Shown here: in pieces, positions 38,744-53,077 of the stretch
Numbering within the stretch: the first letter of the stretch is position 1
Layout: each line of letters opens with the position of its first letter
NCBI RefSeq assembly: GCF_026210795.1
Contig: NC_089431.1
Span: 2,976,001-3,040,000, forward strand
DNA: 64,000 bases
Direction of reading: 5' to 3'
Source of the DNA: Rhizophagus irregularis
Lineage: Eukaryota
Translations under genes and position numbers: made by a program
The notes under the pieces: generated by a model
Database searches by the model: none
Told to the model about the DNA's origin: nothing
The model's input: only the letters and a program-made list of their open reading frames with translations

Positions 38744-40544
38744 TCTGTTTTTTTGAAAAAAAAATGATGTTTTTAAATAGAAAATTTTGTTTATATGAAA
38801 AATATATATGTGTGTGTATAATTATAATAAATTTTTTATGTGAAAAAAAAAATAAATAAATCTTTTGTGAAAAATAAATGTTTATATGTAATAAATATTT
38901 TTTTGTGAAAAAAAAACTAGGTAAAAAAAAATAAATCTTGTAAAAAAGATAAATCTTGTAAATAAATCTTGTAAAAAAAAAAATCTTTTTTGTGAAAGAT
39001 CTTGTTTTTTTTGTGGAAAAAAAAAATGGATTTTATTATAAAAAAAATTTTGGTATAAATATTTAAAAATATATATATATATTTATTTATATTCTCAACT
39101 GATTAAGAAAAATGATGTTTTATATGTAAATTTTCCCCATAATTGAATTTAAGGAAAAAAAAAAAATCATTTTTGAAATTGACAGTTTTCAACCCGTTTA
39201 AATACGGGCATATCGTTTATCAAGATTTCATGCAGTACACCCCATTAATCTAATCATAAATTGTCCATATCCGGTATTCATAAAAGCCCCCAACATCCCT
39301 TCAAACGTATCATGGGTATCGATGATTTGATTATTGATAATGCCAAGATTTTTCACGGGACATTTTCGTAAATAACATCACCAATCATAAATACATTTTT
39401 ACGGCTTTATTGAGGCCCGGTCCCAAATAAAAAAAAATATAAAAGAGTGAGAAATGAACGGGAATGAGATTTTTCATGAAAATTATTATATTTTTTAAAT
39501 ATAAACAAATCTTAAGACTGGGCGAGTTTTTTTTTTAAAAAAAAAAATTTTTAGTATTTGCTTGCTTTTTTTGGTATTTAATATAAAAGCGAAAATTTTG
39601 GCTTAAAAAGTTGAATTATAATGTTTTAATCAATGCAAATTACAAAGGATGTACTGAATATTACAATAAAACATCATGTGAAAGTGAAAGGAAAAAAAGG
39701 ATATTATTATTTAATGAAACTTACTCATTTGGTGCTTTTTCTCTTCTTTTTTTTGGTAACTCAAAAAAAAAAAAATTTTTAATTTCATTATGTAAATCAA
39801 TAAATATTAATTTCATATCTAAAAACAGGTTTCATTGTTGAAAGAATTTTTAATTCAAATTTTTCTGATTGGATAAAAAATTTTTAACAAGTCTTAAAGA
39901 AACCCATCCATAAAAACCCCTTTCTTTTTTTTTTCCTTACCACATGATTTTTTTGTTGCTCAAAAGGAATTACGCCCGTAGCTTTTCAGCGTAAAATTTA
40001 CTGATTTAATCCTGATTGTCTCACGAACTTATCTTTTTGTTCCACAGGGAGGAATCTACTCCCCGTTATCCATATATATGCGAATTATGCGTAGGCTTAG
40101 GGTTAGCCGTTAGTGTTGCAACAATGAATTATTTTTATAGTCTCATTTGTCTCCCATTATAAAAGGGTACTGTAACGCATTGAATGCTGGTCAAAAATGA
40201 TTTTTAAGCAAACCTTGTTCTTAATACATATATATTACGATTCTTTTCACCTACTATTTAGATTCATAGTGAAAATCATGTCTTTTAGATATATTAGATC
40301 ATTGAGCCTTCAATCTATTTGCTTTACTGTTTCATCTGTCATCCGTAATGTTTAATTTGTTAATTAACGATAGTAACATTAACTAATATATATCTTTAAT
40401 AAATTATACATATTTATTCAATTTATCCGGATCGTAATTTTGAAAACTATATCATACATATTTATTCAATTTATCCGGGTCGTAATTTTGAAAATTATAC
40501 ATATTTATATATATTTATTCATGTCGAGCAAATCAACATAACCG

Positions 40545-42705
40545 AATTTCCCATCAGTTAATTCTCCTGAAACACACAATTTCCTGAATCTCTATTTCCT
40601 GAACCCTAATTTCCTGAAAATCTAATTTCTTAAAATCTCAATTCTCTGTATTCTCTGTAAAAAAAGTAGATCCGTTTTCATATACCACTCTTTTTTCCGT
40701 AAAAGACCCATATTTCCGGAATTAATAACTTTATATCACGAAATTTATCGAATTATTTACATTTTCCGTGAATGGATCCGTGAAAGGCACATTTTTTACG
40801 AAGTTTTTAAGAAATAACGGATAAAATTTTTTATAGGGAAAATTCCAAATGAATCCCAAACCGGGGAAGCGATATTTCGCATATGCGAAAAAAATATTAA
40901 ATCCAATAATTTTATAATTATTATAATTAAAAATCCATGGTCGTCTTTGTCTAAACTATTTCGGTTTCATCAAATGAGACTAAATATTTCGGTTTCGTCA
41001 AATGAGACTGAATATTTCAGCATCATTAATTCGGGATGGCAACCTATTGTAACACTTTTAAAAACCATATAGTATGCGTATTTTTGCCTGCTTTACAAAT
41101 TTAATTAGTATATCAAAAAGGGTTTAGAATACTGTTTTCGGCTTTTATATGAGGATACGATATTTCGCGGGTACGATAAAAAACAAAACCCATTTTTATA
41201 ATAAAATTTATAATTTTATATAACTAGAATTAAAATTACTACATAGTTTAGTAATGACGAAACCTAGGCAGGCATCACTATCCTGAATGGATAATTTCTG
41301 AAATATAAAAATAAAATTTATCACGGTATGACCTTTTATTTCTTTAATAAAAACATTTAAAAGATATTCAGTAAACATTTAAAAGATATTAAACATTTAA
41401 AAGATATTGCATAATACGTAAAATCAAATAAATGGATTGTAATCAATAAATATACAGTATATTAAATCTTTATATTTATTATTATTATTTGATCCAAAAT
41501 ATAAAATCTTTTATAATAAATCTTTTATTAATATAAATTGTAAAGCAAAAGCTTTTAGGATTTCATTAATAATTGTATAATAGTGGACGGAACTCTCTTT
41601 ACGTCTCCATAGAACCCATATAACAAATTTTCTTGATATACTGAAATGTTTATTTTTTAAAGTGTTAACTTCTTAAGACATTCCAATTATATGTATGATT
41701 GTTGTATAAGTTTTAAATTAAGTTTTTTAATTATTATAATTATTATATATTCATTATATGCTATTCAAAAATTGTATCACTCATTTATTTGAAGACGGTG
41801 AAGACGTATTGTTTATTGATCTGTATAAATACCAAAAGTTTCTAAATTTCGAAATTTAAGAATTATGACACATACTGTATTTACGTGTTTTTTTTTATTC
41901 CGTGTTATTTCCGCATATTCACGGAATTTTTATAGTCTAAAACATGGAAAATTATAAATGTATCATATTCATGGAGTTTTTACAGAAATTATGGACAAAG
42001 TTTTAAAATGATTTCTTATTTAGTAGCCCTTTTAGCCGTGTAAAAAAAGTCGATCCGTTTTTATATTCCATCTTTTTTCTTGTAAAAGGCTCACAATTTA
42101 TACAATTAAAATAATATTAGGATGGATATTGGAATTCGGGTATAGGTGTCGTCAAAATTGATTACGGCATATGAAGCTTATACCGTAATACCATTCTACC
42201 ACAATAAATTATTGAATGCCAATCTTGATATTTTATGGCCAAAATTCCCATTTTTGCCGTAATGCCATAATTATAAATACGACATTTCAACGACACCTAT
42301 AAATTCGGGATATTGAGATTTTTGAATTTGAGATTTTAAAAAAAAACTTTATTGAGATTTAGCTCCTGAATGAAAAGGGTCGCCCAATACTATGAATCTA
42401 GTTTTACAGTTTTTAAAAAAAAAATTAAATAATATTTTATTTAAATAATGTAAGAAATAAGATAAAATGGTATAACAGTTTATTTTTTTTTTTTGCGATA
42501 GGACTAAATATTTTCTACTATAGCAACTACTCAATTTTGTTGAGATTTAAAGTTTTTAAATTGAGATTTTAAAACTTTAAATTAGATTTTCAGGGTTCGG
42601 GAAATAGGGATTTCGGGAAATCGTGTTTCGGGAAATTAGGAATTAGGGATTCAGGGAATTGATTATGTTTCAGGGAATTTGGAAATTGAAATTCAGGTAA
42701 TTCCT
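40545..42705. mobile_element. Composite nested DNA-transposon remnant bounded by inverted TTTCCTGAA / TTCGGGAAA repeat arrays
   Basis: TTTCCTGAA repeats at 40560-40635 and their inverse at 42590-42700. An internal direct repeat TGTAAAAAAAGT.GATCCGTTTT occurs at about 40656 and 42039. Confidence 0.5.
42143..42299. mobile_element. Small TA-flanked MITE
   Basis: TA|TAGGTGTCGTCAAAAT .. ATTTCAACGACACCTA|TA, with internal TTACGGCA/GCCGTAA repeats. Confidence 0.7.
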
Positions 42706-42898
42706 CATATATATTATAGGATGATTAAAACAATAATCATTATGTTTGAAGGGTTTGAACTTTGAAGGGTTTGAAGGGTTTGATTGGGCCCGTTTCATAA
42801 GGTTTCATGCAATTAAGTAATTTTATAAATACTGTATGTTTAATACTTTTTTTTTTTTTTAATACACTCCCGTTACGATCCAATAATTGCTAAACGTA

Positions 42899-43129
42899 CA
42901 CAGTGAAATTCGATATATCGGAATCTCGATATAACGGATCATAATTGGGTCTGGTCATAACGTATAATTAATTTTAAAATTAATTTACCCTCGATATAAC
43001 GGAATTCTTGATATAACGGAATTCTTGATATAATGGGAATTCTTGATATAACGGAATTCCTGATATAACGGATTTTTGACAAATTTTACTAATGGAACGG
43101 ATGGTTCCATTATATCGAATTTCACTGTG
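42899..43129. mobile_element. pogo/Tigger-like MITE (231 bp)
   Basis: Perfect 19-bp TIR CACAGTGAAATTCGATATA with TA flanks, and internal tandem (C/T)GATATAACGGAATTC units. Confidence 0.85.
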
Positions 43130-46100
43130 TATTTGTAATGAGATAACCAACATTTATATATGTACATCGTTGTATTGTTGTGACGTATGACATAAATTTG
43201 GCCAAAATTATCCTAAATTCACCAGAATTAAAAAATTAAAATTTTTTTAAAGCGGAGCTACGGACAAAGAGAGATTTTTAAGCAGTTTTATAAAAGTAAA
43301 ATTGATCTTTTACTTTATTTAAAAAAAAAATATATAAAAATATAAAAATATATATATATATTGGTAACTATGATAAAGAAATCGTGTACATTAGAAAAAT
43401 AAAAGGATCAACAGAATCAACTCATCGCTTAATAAAAAAATCCCCCAAAAATTTGATTGTTAATGATTTTGTAACATAAACCCCTACAGGCCAGGCCCTT
43501 GTATTTAACTATAAAAACAATTTTTTTTTTAAATCTAAACCATCTTTTGAAAGATATATCGTCATCTGTTCCGAATTCGGATAATTATTATTCAAATGAT
43601 TCCGGATAAATTATCCGATCCGATCGGATAAATGGTTGTTAACAGATTGTAAATAATAACAATACGCTAACTGTTAATACGCTCTAAATAATAATAACAA
43701 TAAGTTCTAAATAACAATACGCTCTAAAAACAGTTACTGAACTAATAATGGTGCAAAACAAAAAAATCATATGATCTTATTTCATTTAATATGTAGGCAT
43801 ATTTTTAGCCGTCGAATTTTATATATGTGAAAAAAAAAAACTTTAAAAAAAATTTCGGTATATAGAATATCCAAAAATGGACAAATTAATTTTACCAAAA
43901 AAGTTTTAGTCCTTTTGGCGCTTTCTATATGACGGCAAAAATACTACATTTTTTTTTCTGCGATACAAATCTCGGGACGTGTCACTGTTACCGCAGCACA
44001 TGATCAATTCTCCAACCCCTCATACTAGTTAATACTACTCCTTGCTACCTCAATTTACCTATATATGTAAATATTATTTATTTATTTTATTTATTTATTT
44101 ATTTGGAAAGTTTGAGGAAAATCAATAATTTTAATAATTTTAATAATTTTAATTATTTTTCGATCCTTTTTAAAAAAACTTGAATGATTGTCGATAATCA
44201 AAATAAAAAAAAAAACTTCCTTCCTGTTACGTATTGTTTAAGGAAATAGTAGATTTTAAAATCATTCGTTACCCCCTAAATAAACTTTAAATCACTTCAA
44301 TCAAATATTTTCCCCTAATTCCCACCTCCTTTAATGGAGTAGTACGATGACGAAATGAAAAAAAAAACAGCTAATAATCACGTGATTTTAATGATCAGTT
44401 ATAAAGTTATAAACAAAATAAAATAAAATAATAATCAGTAATCAGGTATAAATGATTTCCTTTCTCCCCAAAAATTATATTTTTTTTGACCTATAACAAG
44501 TTAATTACTTTTATTTTTTATTTTCATTTAAACCATTTTAAATAAATGATTTTATAAAAAGATCACGTGAAGTAAAATGTCGTATATCAAATTCAATTAT
44601 CGGCACATCAAAAAAGTGTAGAATGAAAATGTGAAACATTATTGACGGGAAATTTCTATATCTGTATAGTTTATAATACTCCCTTTTACTTCAAAATAGA
44701 TTTTCATAGTCCATGCGTTTTATATACGTTATATATAATAATGTATATACATACATATGATTATTAAAACTCATGTCAATTCAGGAGATATCAAGGATTT
44801 TCAAACTTTCAAAAAGTCCGGAAAAATCAAGTTTTCATCATATTTTTGACGCGTAAATTCACAAATTTATATAAATATTTATTGATATATTTATTATACA
44901 TCATAAAATTACTAAAAAATCGAAGATTGCATCATATGAAATTTTTTAAAAAAAATGAAAAAAGGTAAAAATTGGGCAATTCTTGAATTAAATAACGTAA
45001 TTCATGGTCGCAGTAAAAAAAAGGCGTCGATCATTAATTCATTAATTAGAAAAAAAAGAATTTTTGGTTTAAAAAGGGTAGTAAAAAATAAAATTATTAT
45101 AATTATATAATTAGTTTAAAGATAATTAATTTATGGCAAAAAAAAGTTTTAGAACGTAATACAAAATAAATTTTACTTTCCCAATCATTATTTCAAAAAG
45201 TATTGTTTCAACCAATATATGGGAATTAAAAAGATAAGTCTTACCTATTTTTTCTTTTTGTCCTTCCCATAATTATTATTATTTTTCAAAATATTAATGT
45301 AAAAATATTAATAATGTATCATTTTTTAATTCTTCTTTTTTTTTCTTACAATTTTTAAAATTCAATATAAAATAGGTTCGGGGAAATAATTTATGATGAC
45401 CATACAATTATTTAAATAACGTTACAAAAATTAAAATTGGATAATCAATCTCGCATAAGGAATAAAAAGTCATTTGTTCAGCTCTTAGATTACACAGAAA
45501 AATAAAGAGAATTGATTTCATTGGTGTCTTTAATTAAATTTTTATTTATCTTTTTTTAAAAAAAATTTCCATGTAATTTTTTTTTTTAACTCTAAATGCG
45601 TTCATCGTTGTTTGGGTTTGTTGCGTTGTTTCGAACACAATATTAAAAAAAATAAATATTTTTTTTTTTTGACATTTTTTACACAAAAAATTAATTGGTG
45701 TTCATTTCTTTACCATATGGGTTTCATAACATAATAATAGACTTTAATCGAATTGGTTAACTGTAAAATAACCGTTTAATCTTGCTAAAACTAAATTAGG
45801 AAAAAAAAAAGAAAAAGGAATCTAAACGCAAAGCAGGAGAATATATATAAAAAAATTACTTGTTCGTTTTTCTTTGATCAGAACGAAAAACAAAAAAAAA
45901 ATAATAATTATTATTATTTTAGCTAATAAAAATTCAATTACACGATTGTTTGTACACATGTAGTAATAATCCAATGTTTGAATGCCAAAACACCAATGGA
46001 AAGTGGCGCTTATTTAAAAAGTGAAGATCACTTCTGGAAAATGATAGCAAAAGTTTATAATAAAATATATATGATGATAACATTGGAATAAAATATGACG

Positions 46101-46974
46101 ATTACGCCATTTGTACTTTTATACAAGACTTTATTCTAAAAATAAAGATTTTTAACATATATAGATATCAACATTATTAATGCTTTTTTTGGCTTTTCGG
46201 AGTACTAATGATAATGATTCGTTGTGTTTCACTCCGATTAATTATTGAAAATTTCATGCCACTCGGCCGGAATGATAATTGAAAGCGGCATGATTGAAAG
46301 GAAGAAACAAGAAAAAAAAAGAAATTTTTTTTTTTTTTAAAGAAAATTATTTTATACATTTTTTATGTAAATAACTTTAAACCATTTAACTTTTAAATGT
46401 CGTTTGTCAATCGTTTTGTTATATTAAAAAAGGTGCTTATAAACCGCGGCAGGGAGTTACTTTTACCGTATTGAATTTTCCCAATTTATTAATTTTCAAG
46501 TATATTTTACTTTTTTATTATTTATTAATGTTGATATTTCAAACTATCAACTATCAACACCTTGCATATTTTATTGTTGATCCTTCTTTTTTATTTACAG
46601 TATATGTATATTTATTTATTTATACATTACGTATTGTATTATAATTTATTGATTCTTTATAATTGCCATATAAATTTTTATTTTAAAACATTTTTCATTC
46701 ATTATAAAAATTTATGTACTCTATTATAAAAAAAAAAATTATTTCGGCCTAATAGATCCGCATTTACTTACCTCAAACATATAAATATGGCCCATTCTTC
46801 TAACTTTGATTCTTCACAAAATTTCGAAAAATAAATTTTCTTTTTAAGTTTCGGAACTTTTGTTTATTTATTACGAGATATTATTTTAACGTCTCTCTCT
46901 CACAAAAAAAAAAAAAAAAATTTAAAATTTAAAATATATTTCTTTTATTTCTTTTTACTCTTAAAATTTTTAAA

Positions 46975-47435
46975 ATGGATACAGATTGGTGCATCATGTG
47001 TGATTCTCATTGCAATATTCCCGTAAGTATTAGCAAAAGAAAGTTGGTTTTTGGTTTTTTGTGTGCATCTTTTTGATTTCTCAAAATATTTAAATTTTTT
47101 TTATTTTTCTTTTATTTTAGGGAGCAATTTATTGTTCAAAGGAATGTGAACTTCAAGATCGTTTAAGTGCATATCCATCATTGACTTCCAGCTCGTCAAT
47201 TTCAACTCAATATTCTTCTGGAGTTAATACAAAATTTGAAAGAACTACATCAGTTAAATTTCCAACAAAATCGGCTTCGATTCAATTTCCAAAAGTTCAA
47301 CAACTTCAACAACAGCCAACATTGTTTTATCATCGCGGTCCAATGCCTCGTTATAAGCACACTTCTTCAAAAGCGTGTGCCAGTGCTAGTAACGTACGCG
47401 ATAGAAAAGTGACCAAATCTTTATATGTTCAATAA
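46975..47435 (+). CDS. Ecl1/2/3-family zinc-binding protein (2 exons)
   Basis: Exons 46975-47022 and 47121-47435 give MDTDWCIMCDSHCNIP|GAIYCSKECELQD, the Ecl1-type WCxxCD..YCSxxCxxxD motif, followed by a Ser-rich tail. Confidence 0.8.
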
Positions 47436-50089
47436 TTAATTTTTTTTTTTCATTTTTTCATAAAAATCATCACTTTTTTTTACATTTTATTTTTTTTTTA
47501 AAAAAAAAAAACTTCATCCATTACATCATTGTTTTTAATATTTCATCCAAAAATTTTTTTTTCTAACGCATTATTTTTTAATATTTTTTTTTTTCTCTCT
47601 GTTTTGGGAGTGAACTTTTTTATTTGTCCATTTTATTATTTAATTATGTTTGGTTGGAAGGCGAGTTTTTTAGGTTTATTTATTTATTTTTTTTTTCTTT
47701 TAAAAAAAGAAAAAAAAAAAAAAAAGTAAAATTATTTGTACATAAATCAATTTGCTTTATTTGAACAATTTAGAAAAAACGAGACAAACAACTTTTATTA
47801 GCTCTCTGAACTTTTTAAAAAAAAAAGCGAAGAAATTATACATTTTTTAAAAAAGACATTTTTTTTTAATGAATATTTTTTATTTACTAAAAAAAAAAAA
47901 TTTTCCCTTTAATTATTATTATTATACATAGAAAATAAAAATATTCATTGTACATAGAATTGATTTAACTATATTTTTTTTCTTTTTCTTTTTTTTTTTG
48001 TTATTTTTCTTATTAGTCAGATTTCTCCCCCCCTCACTATTTTTTTTTTATCTTCTTAGCATTTAAAAAATTTTTATATATAATAATTATATATACGGGC
48101 ATATTTAAAAAAAAAAAGCAAAATAATTAAATGCTTAATAAAAAATGAGAATTTTTTTTAATAATAATAGTATATTTTGATCTCATGAGTTTTGGGGGCT
48201 GTCATTTGGCTGTTATTTTTTTTTTAATTTAATAATAATAATAAATTTATTATGATAAAATTATTTAAAATTATTTTATTTTATAAACTTTAAAAATTTC
48301 TAAAATAATAATTATTATTTTCGTGGCGCAATAATTGTAACAAAAACAATTTTAATAATCTTTTGATAATATTTATTATTGTTTTTTACTCTTTTTTACT
48401 CTTTTTTTTTTACCGATTTATATTTTATTAACCAAGAATTACGTAAATCGTTATAAAAGAATCGTACTATTATTTATATTACCTGCAAAAAACTTGTTAT
48501 ATTAATTTTTGAGCGAGTCATACGCGCTTTTTTCCTTTATACTTTTGCGTATCAAAGGGTAAACAAAAAAAAACTTTTTTTCCCTTACACAAGGTTTCCC
48601 ATAAATTTGGCAATCCTTTTTTTATTTTCAAAACTATAATTGTCAAAATTTTTTAAGTAAAAAAAAATCAGGTTTTTATTATATATTGACATATTAGGAT
48701 GGGTAATACCATACTTATACATTTATACGGTTAATATGAAATATGAAAATTCATTTTATTATATATACAGATATGAAACAGATCGATAATAAAAAAGGCT
48801 AATTTTGGTTTCAAAATAAAAAAAAAACAATGAAATATATGTCGATGATGACCCGGATGGCCTGATTTTTAATCATGTGATGTATTTATTTTTTTTTATA
48901 ATGCCACGTTTTAGTTTAACAAATGTTTTTGAATAATTGCTGATGTAATTACCTTAATTTAGAAAGTTCCTGCCCAAGTTAATTTATAAAATATATTATT
49001 ATTGTCTCTATTCATCTTATTCAATCTACTATTCAATCTATTCAATCTATTTCATGCCAATAATGCACTCCACAATGTATGATTAGTTATAGAGGAAAAC
49101 CGATAAAGCGACCAACTCGTGAAAAAAAATGGGACCGAATATGCGATGAGTCATAATATCAATCTCAAAATAAATATTCTCAATATGTTATGACTCACAT
49201 TCCTTATAATGTCATAATTTCATAATCTTAATGAAAATTATATCCAAATTAATATAAACGATCCTCTTTATTTATCTTAGGTTCTAAATACGCCTTAATG
49301 CAGTAAAATGTTGTAGTTTATAGCGGTTTTTTTTTTTTATACATACATTTAATATAAGCATTTGATACGGTTAAGGGGTGGCAAAAACCTGTTTGGCGTA
49401 CAGAACTATTTTCATTTACGAGTTTATAATATCATCAAAAATAAATTTTAATTTCCTTATTATGGTATTTTTTTTTTTTAAATATACAAATTTATTTTAT
49501 ATTTGTTTGTTTTGGGGGAGTAATTGCAGGAGAACTTCTGTTGTGTTGGATGTTGGATGATTTTTATTTTAACATATTTAAACAAACTTTGGCATATTTT
49601 TTTTAAAAAGAGATATTTAAATTTTTTTTTTTCTTACATGATTTACTCCCGCCAATTGTGGCCCCTTCACCAGAATAACAACAATGATCGATAACAGATG
49701 CAAAATAATTCTATTACTTTTTTTTTTTATTTTACCGATCTTTTAAAATAATTTTGTTCAAAAAATAGTTATTAAGTTAACTTATTAAGCCATATAATAT
49801 AAATGAACGAATTACGATTTAGGTTAAGTGTGATCTTTCATATCAGCGAATCAATTTTGGATAGATGAAAAAAAAAATTATATTATTTTTTATATATATT
49901 TTTAAAAAAACCATCGATTAAAAAAAAAATTTAAAGTTTTTTGATTTTTTTTTGACTATTGTTTTCTACTGTGTAATTTTAATTTATTTGACTACTTGAA
50001 CAGAATTACAGATTACATATTAGTACATACTACATACAATACGTACATAAAAAAAACATTAAATATATTTTTATCCCGTCTCACAAAAA

Positions 50090-50450
50090 AAAAAATGTAA
50101 AAAAAAATATTGTAAAAAAAAATAAAAATTGTAAAAAAAATAAAATTTGTAAAAAAAAAAAATTGTAAAAAAAAAATTTGTAAAAAAAAACATTGTAAAT
50201 AAAAAAACATTGTAAATAAAAAAAACATTGTAAATAAAAAACATTGTAAATAAAAAAGCATTGTAAATAAAAAACATTGTAAATAAAAAATACATTGTAA
50301 ATAAAAAAAATGTAAAAAAGAAATATTATAAAAAAAAAATATAATATTAAAAATATCGTAAAATAAAAATATTGTGTAAAAAAAAAAATATTTTTTAAAA
50401 AAAATAATACTTATATTACATTGTAAATAAAAATATTGTAAAAAAAAAGT
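50090..50450 (+). repeat. A-rich minisatellite (AAAAAACATTGTAAAT)n
   Basis: Many directly visible 14-17 bp units. Confidence 0.9.
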
Positions 50451-52014
50451 TTTTTTTGATTCCATTTTAGATTTTATACGGTTACTAATTATATCTTATT
50501 TATTTTATTTATCTTATTTATCTTTTACTTATCTTATTGAAATGGACATATATATTTTTTTTCTTCTTTTTTTTCTTTCTTTCTTCTTTTCCTGTGTTTC
50601 ATTACCCCGAAAATAATTATCCTTATAAAGAATCTACCCATGTTCATAAAAAAATAATTATGAACACGTTTTTTATATTGCACACACTATACGCACTATA
50701 CACACTACACATAAATGTTTATATTTATATTTATATAATATACATTATTTTTTTTATTATAATAAGTTTAAACTTTTTAAGGGAAATTAAATTTCAACAC
50801 ATGATATTTCTTTGATTGTTGTTATTAAGGTTTTTTCTTTTGTTTTTCTTTCAGAAGAAAGAAAAAAGAACATTGTTAAAAAAAAAATAGTTTATAAATA
50901 GGCAATATAATAACAATATGATTAAATAGTGTTGATTTAAACTAAAATAAATATAGTAGTATATCTCTTTTTCTGCTATAAACCCTAAAACGGCCGTTTA
51001 CGGTCCAAAATTTTGCCTGCAATTTTTTTAGCCTAAATGCTTTAAATGCTGCTAAATGTTGTTAATTATCCTTTATTTAAAAATTCTAAAAATCAAAAAA
51101 AGGTTAGTATAAATTCTTGTCCAATCATATTGGGATTCATCACAGTGTTAATCAAATGACGAAATGTCGTGAGACCATCACAAATCTTGTTGATTTAACA
51201 TCTTTTTTCATGCATTAAATAAAAAAGAGAATTATTGAGAATAAAATACAACATGATATTTTTTTTTTTTTTTGAGTCGTACAAAATAATACGTGGGAAA
51301 ATGTCACCTGGTTGATGCGTTTTAGAATTAATGCATCAAAATGTTCTGAATTTCAACTGTTTATTATATTTGATTTTTAATACTACAAAGAAAATGAACA
51401 TCTTTTACATCTTTTTCAAATCAATTAATGCTTTTATATTTTTTATTACTGGTTCAATCATCATGTGTTCATGTTTGAAATACAAATGATATTCAGAAGT
51501 TATTTTACTAAAAAAAAAATAAATAAAATAACGTAAAGATAAATGCATCGTTACATTTTATACATAAAAATCATGGTAAATACTTTTTTTGATTTGCTCG
51601 ATTTCAATATCAAATTACATAAAAAGTTTATCAAGAAAGATATTATTTTAGAAGAAACGATAAGCTATTATATAAATATCGTGATACGTTAAATGCAGAT
51701 TACATAACTTGATAACGGAAGATGCATACTTTAAGAGAACAAACTTTCCATAAGTTCATATGCTTATCTAATTATTTTATTATTTATTAACCTAGTATGA
51801 ATTTCATTTATTCCGAATATTTGAAATTTGAATAAAAAAGTACTGGAATATTGAAAATTATCGAAAGCGAATCAATTTTTTTTAAAAAAAAATTAAAGTT
51901 AGATATGATGCAAATAATTTTGATTTAATCTGATTACATGTTATTGGTTTATCTTGACTGGTTATCTATTGGTTGTTTAAAAATATACCTCAACTTTAAC
52001 ATGTTTATACCGGT

Positions 52015-52830
52015 ATTAACCTTTAACAAACCCTTTTTATTTTTTTTTTAAATATGGGGACTAATTTTTTTTTTAAAAAAAAAATATTAAAGTATTAACC
52101 TGTTTTAAATATTGATAATGAATTTTCAGAATTATGTTTTTTTTAAAATTAAATATTATAATTACTGATTTACATATTATTGGTATTTCTTTAACAAACC
52201 CTTTTATTTTTTAAATATATAGTAACTAATTTTTTTTTTAAAAAAAAAATATATTTATAATAATTAAAGTATCCTGTTTTTATATAAAATATTGATAATA
52301 AATAAGATTTAATTCTAAATTTTCAGAATCATGTTTTTTAAAATTAAAGTAATAAACTAAATTATAATTACTGATATTTTTTGACAAGTTAACATCTTTT
52401 TTAAATAATTTTTTTTAAAAAAAAAATATTAATAATAATTGAAGTATTAACCTGTTTTTATATAAAATATCAATAATAAATATGATTTTAATTCTAAATT
52501 TTCAGAATCATATTTTAAATTGAAGTAATAAAATACAATATCTTCCATATTACTAGTATTATAATTACTGATCTTTTTGACAAATTAACAAACTCTTTTT
52601 ATTTTTTAAATATATATTAACTAATTTTTTTTGGGTTAGTTACATAATTCAGTAAAGTTCTTTTAAATGAATAAATAAATATTTTTGGGAAGAAAAAGTT
52701 TGAGGTTAAAAAATATATATTAATAATAATTAAAATTTTAATCTGTTTTTATATAGAACTGAATACTGTTAATAAATAAGATTTTAATTCTAAATTTTCA
52801 GAATTAAATTTTCAAAATTAAAGTAATAAT
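52015..52830 (+). repeat. Degenerate tandem repeat (about 4 units of roughly 170-300 bp)
   Basis: Recurring TTAACAAACCCTTTT..., AAGTATTAACCTGTTTT and GATTTTAATTCTAAATTTTCAGAAT. Confidence 0.7.
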
Positions 52831-53077
52831 AAAACTTTTTATAATATTAAATTTAATAATAATACAAAATTATATAAAAATATACCATTATATTATTTAT
52901 ATAATAATTAATAATTAATGGTTATTTTACTATATATCATAAGTTAAAAGAAATTTAATTAATTGATTTTAAACTGAATAATTAGATAAAATTTAATAAA
53001 TAATTTTACTTTAAATCTATAGTTAGAAAAATTATTATTATATTAAATAATAATAAGTTAATTTAAACTTTTAATTA

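Noticed and set aside
48845..48943. C/D-box snoRNA (ATGATGA..CTGA..GTGATG..CTGA)
   Set aside because: No terminal stem, an internal poly-T run and no recognisable rRNA target; boxes of this size arise by chance.
50013..50815. ORFs 50013-50465, 50071-50295 and 50537-50815
   Set aside because: Phe/Tyr-rich translations of an A/T minisatellite and low-complexity DNA.
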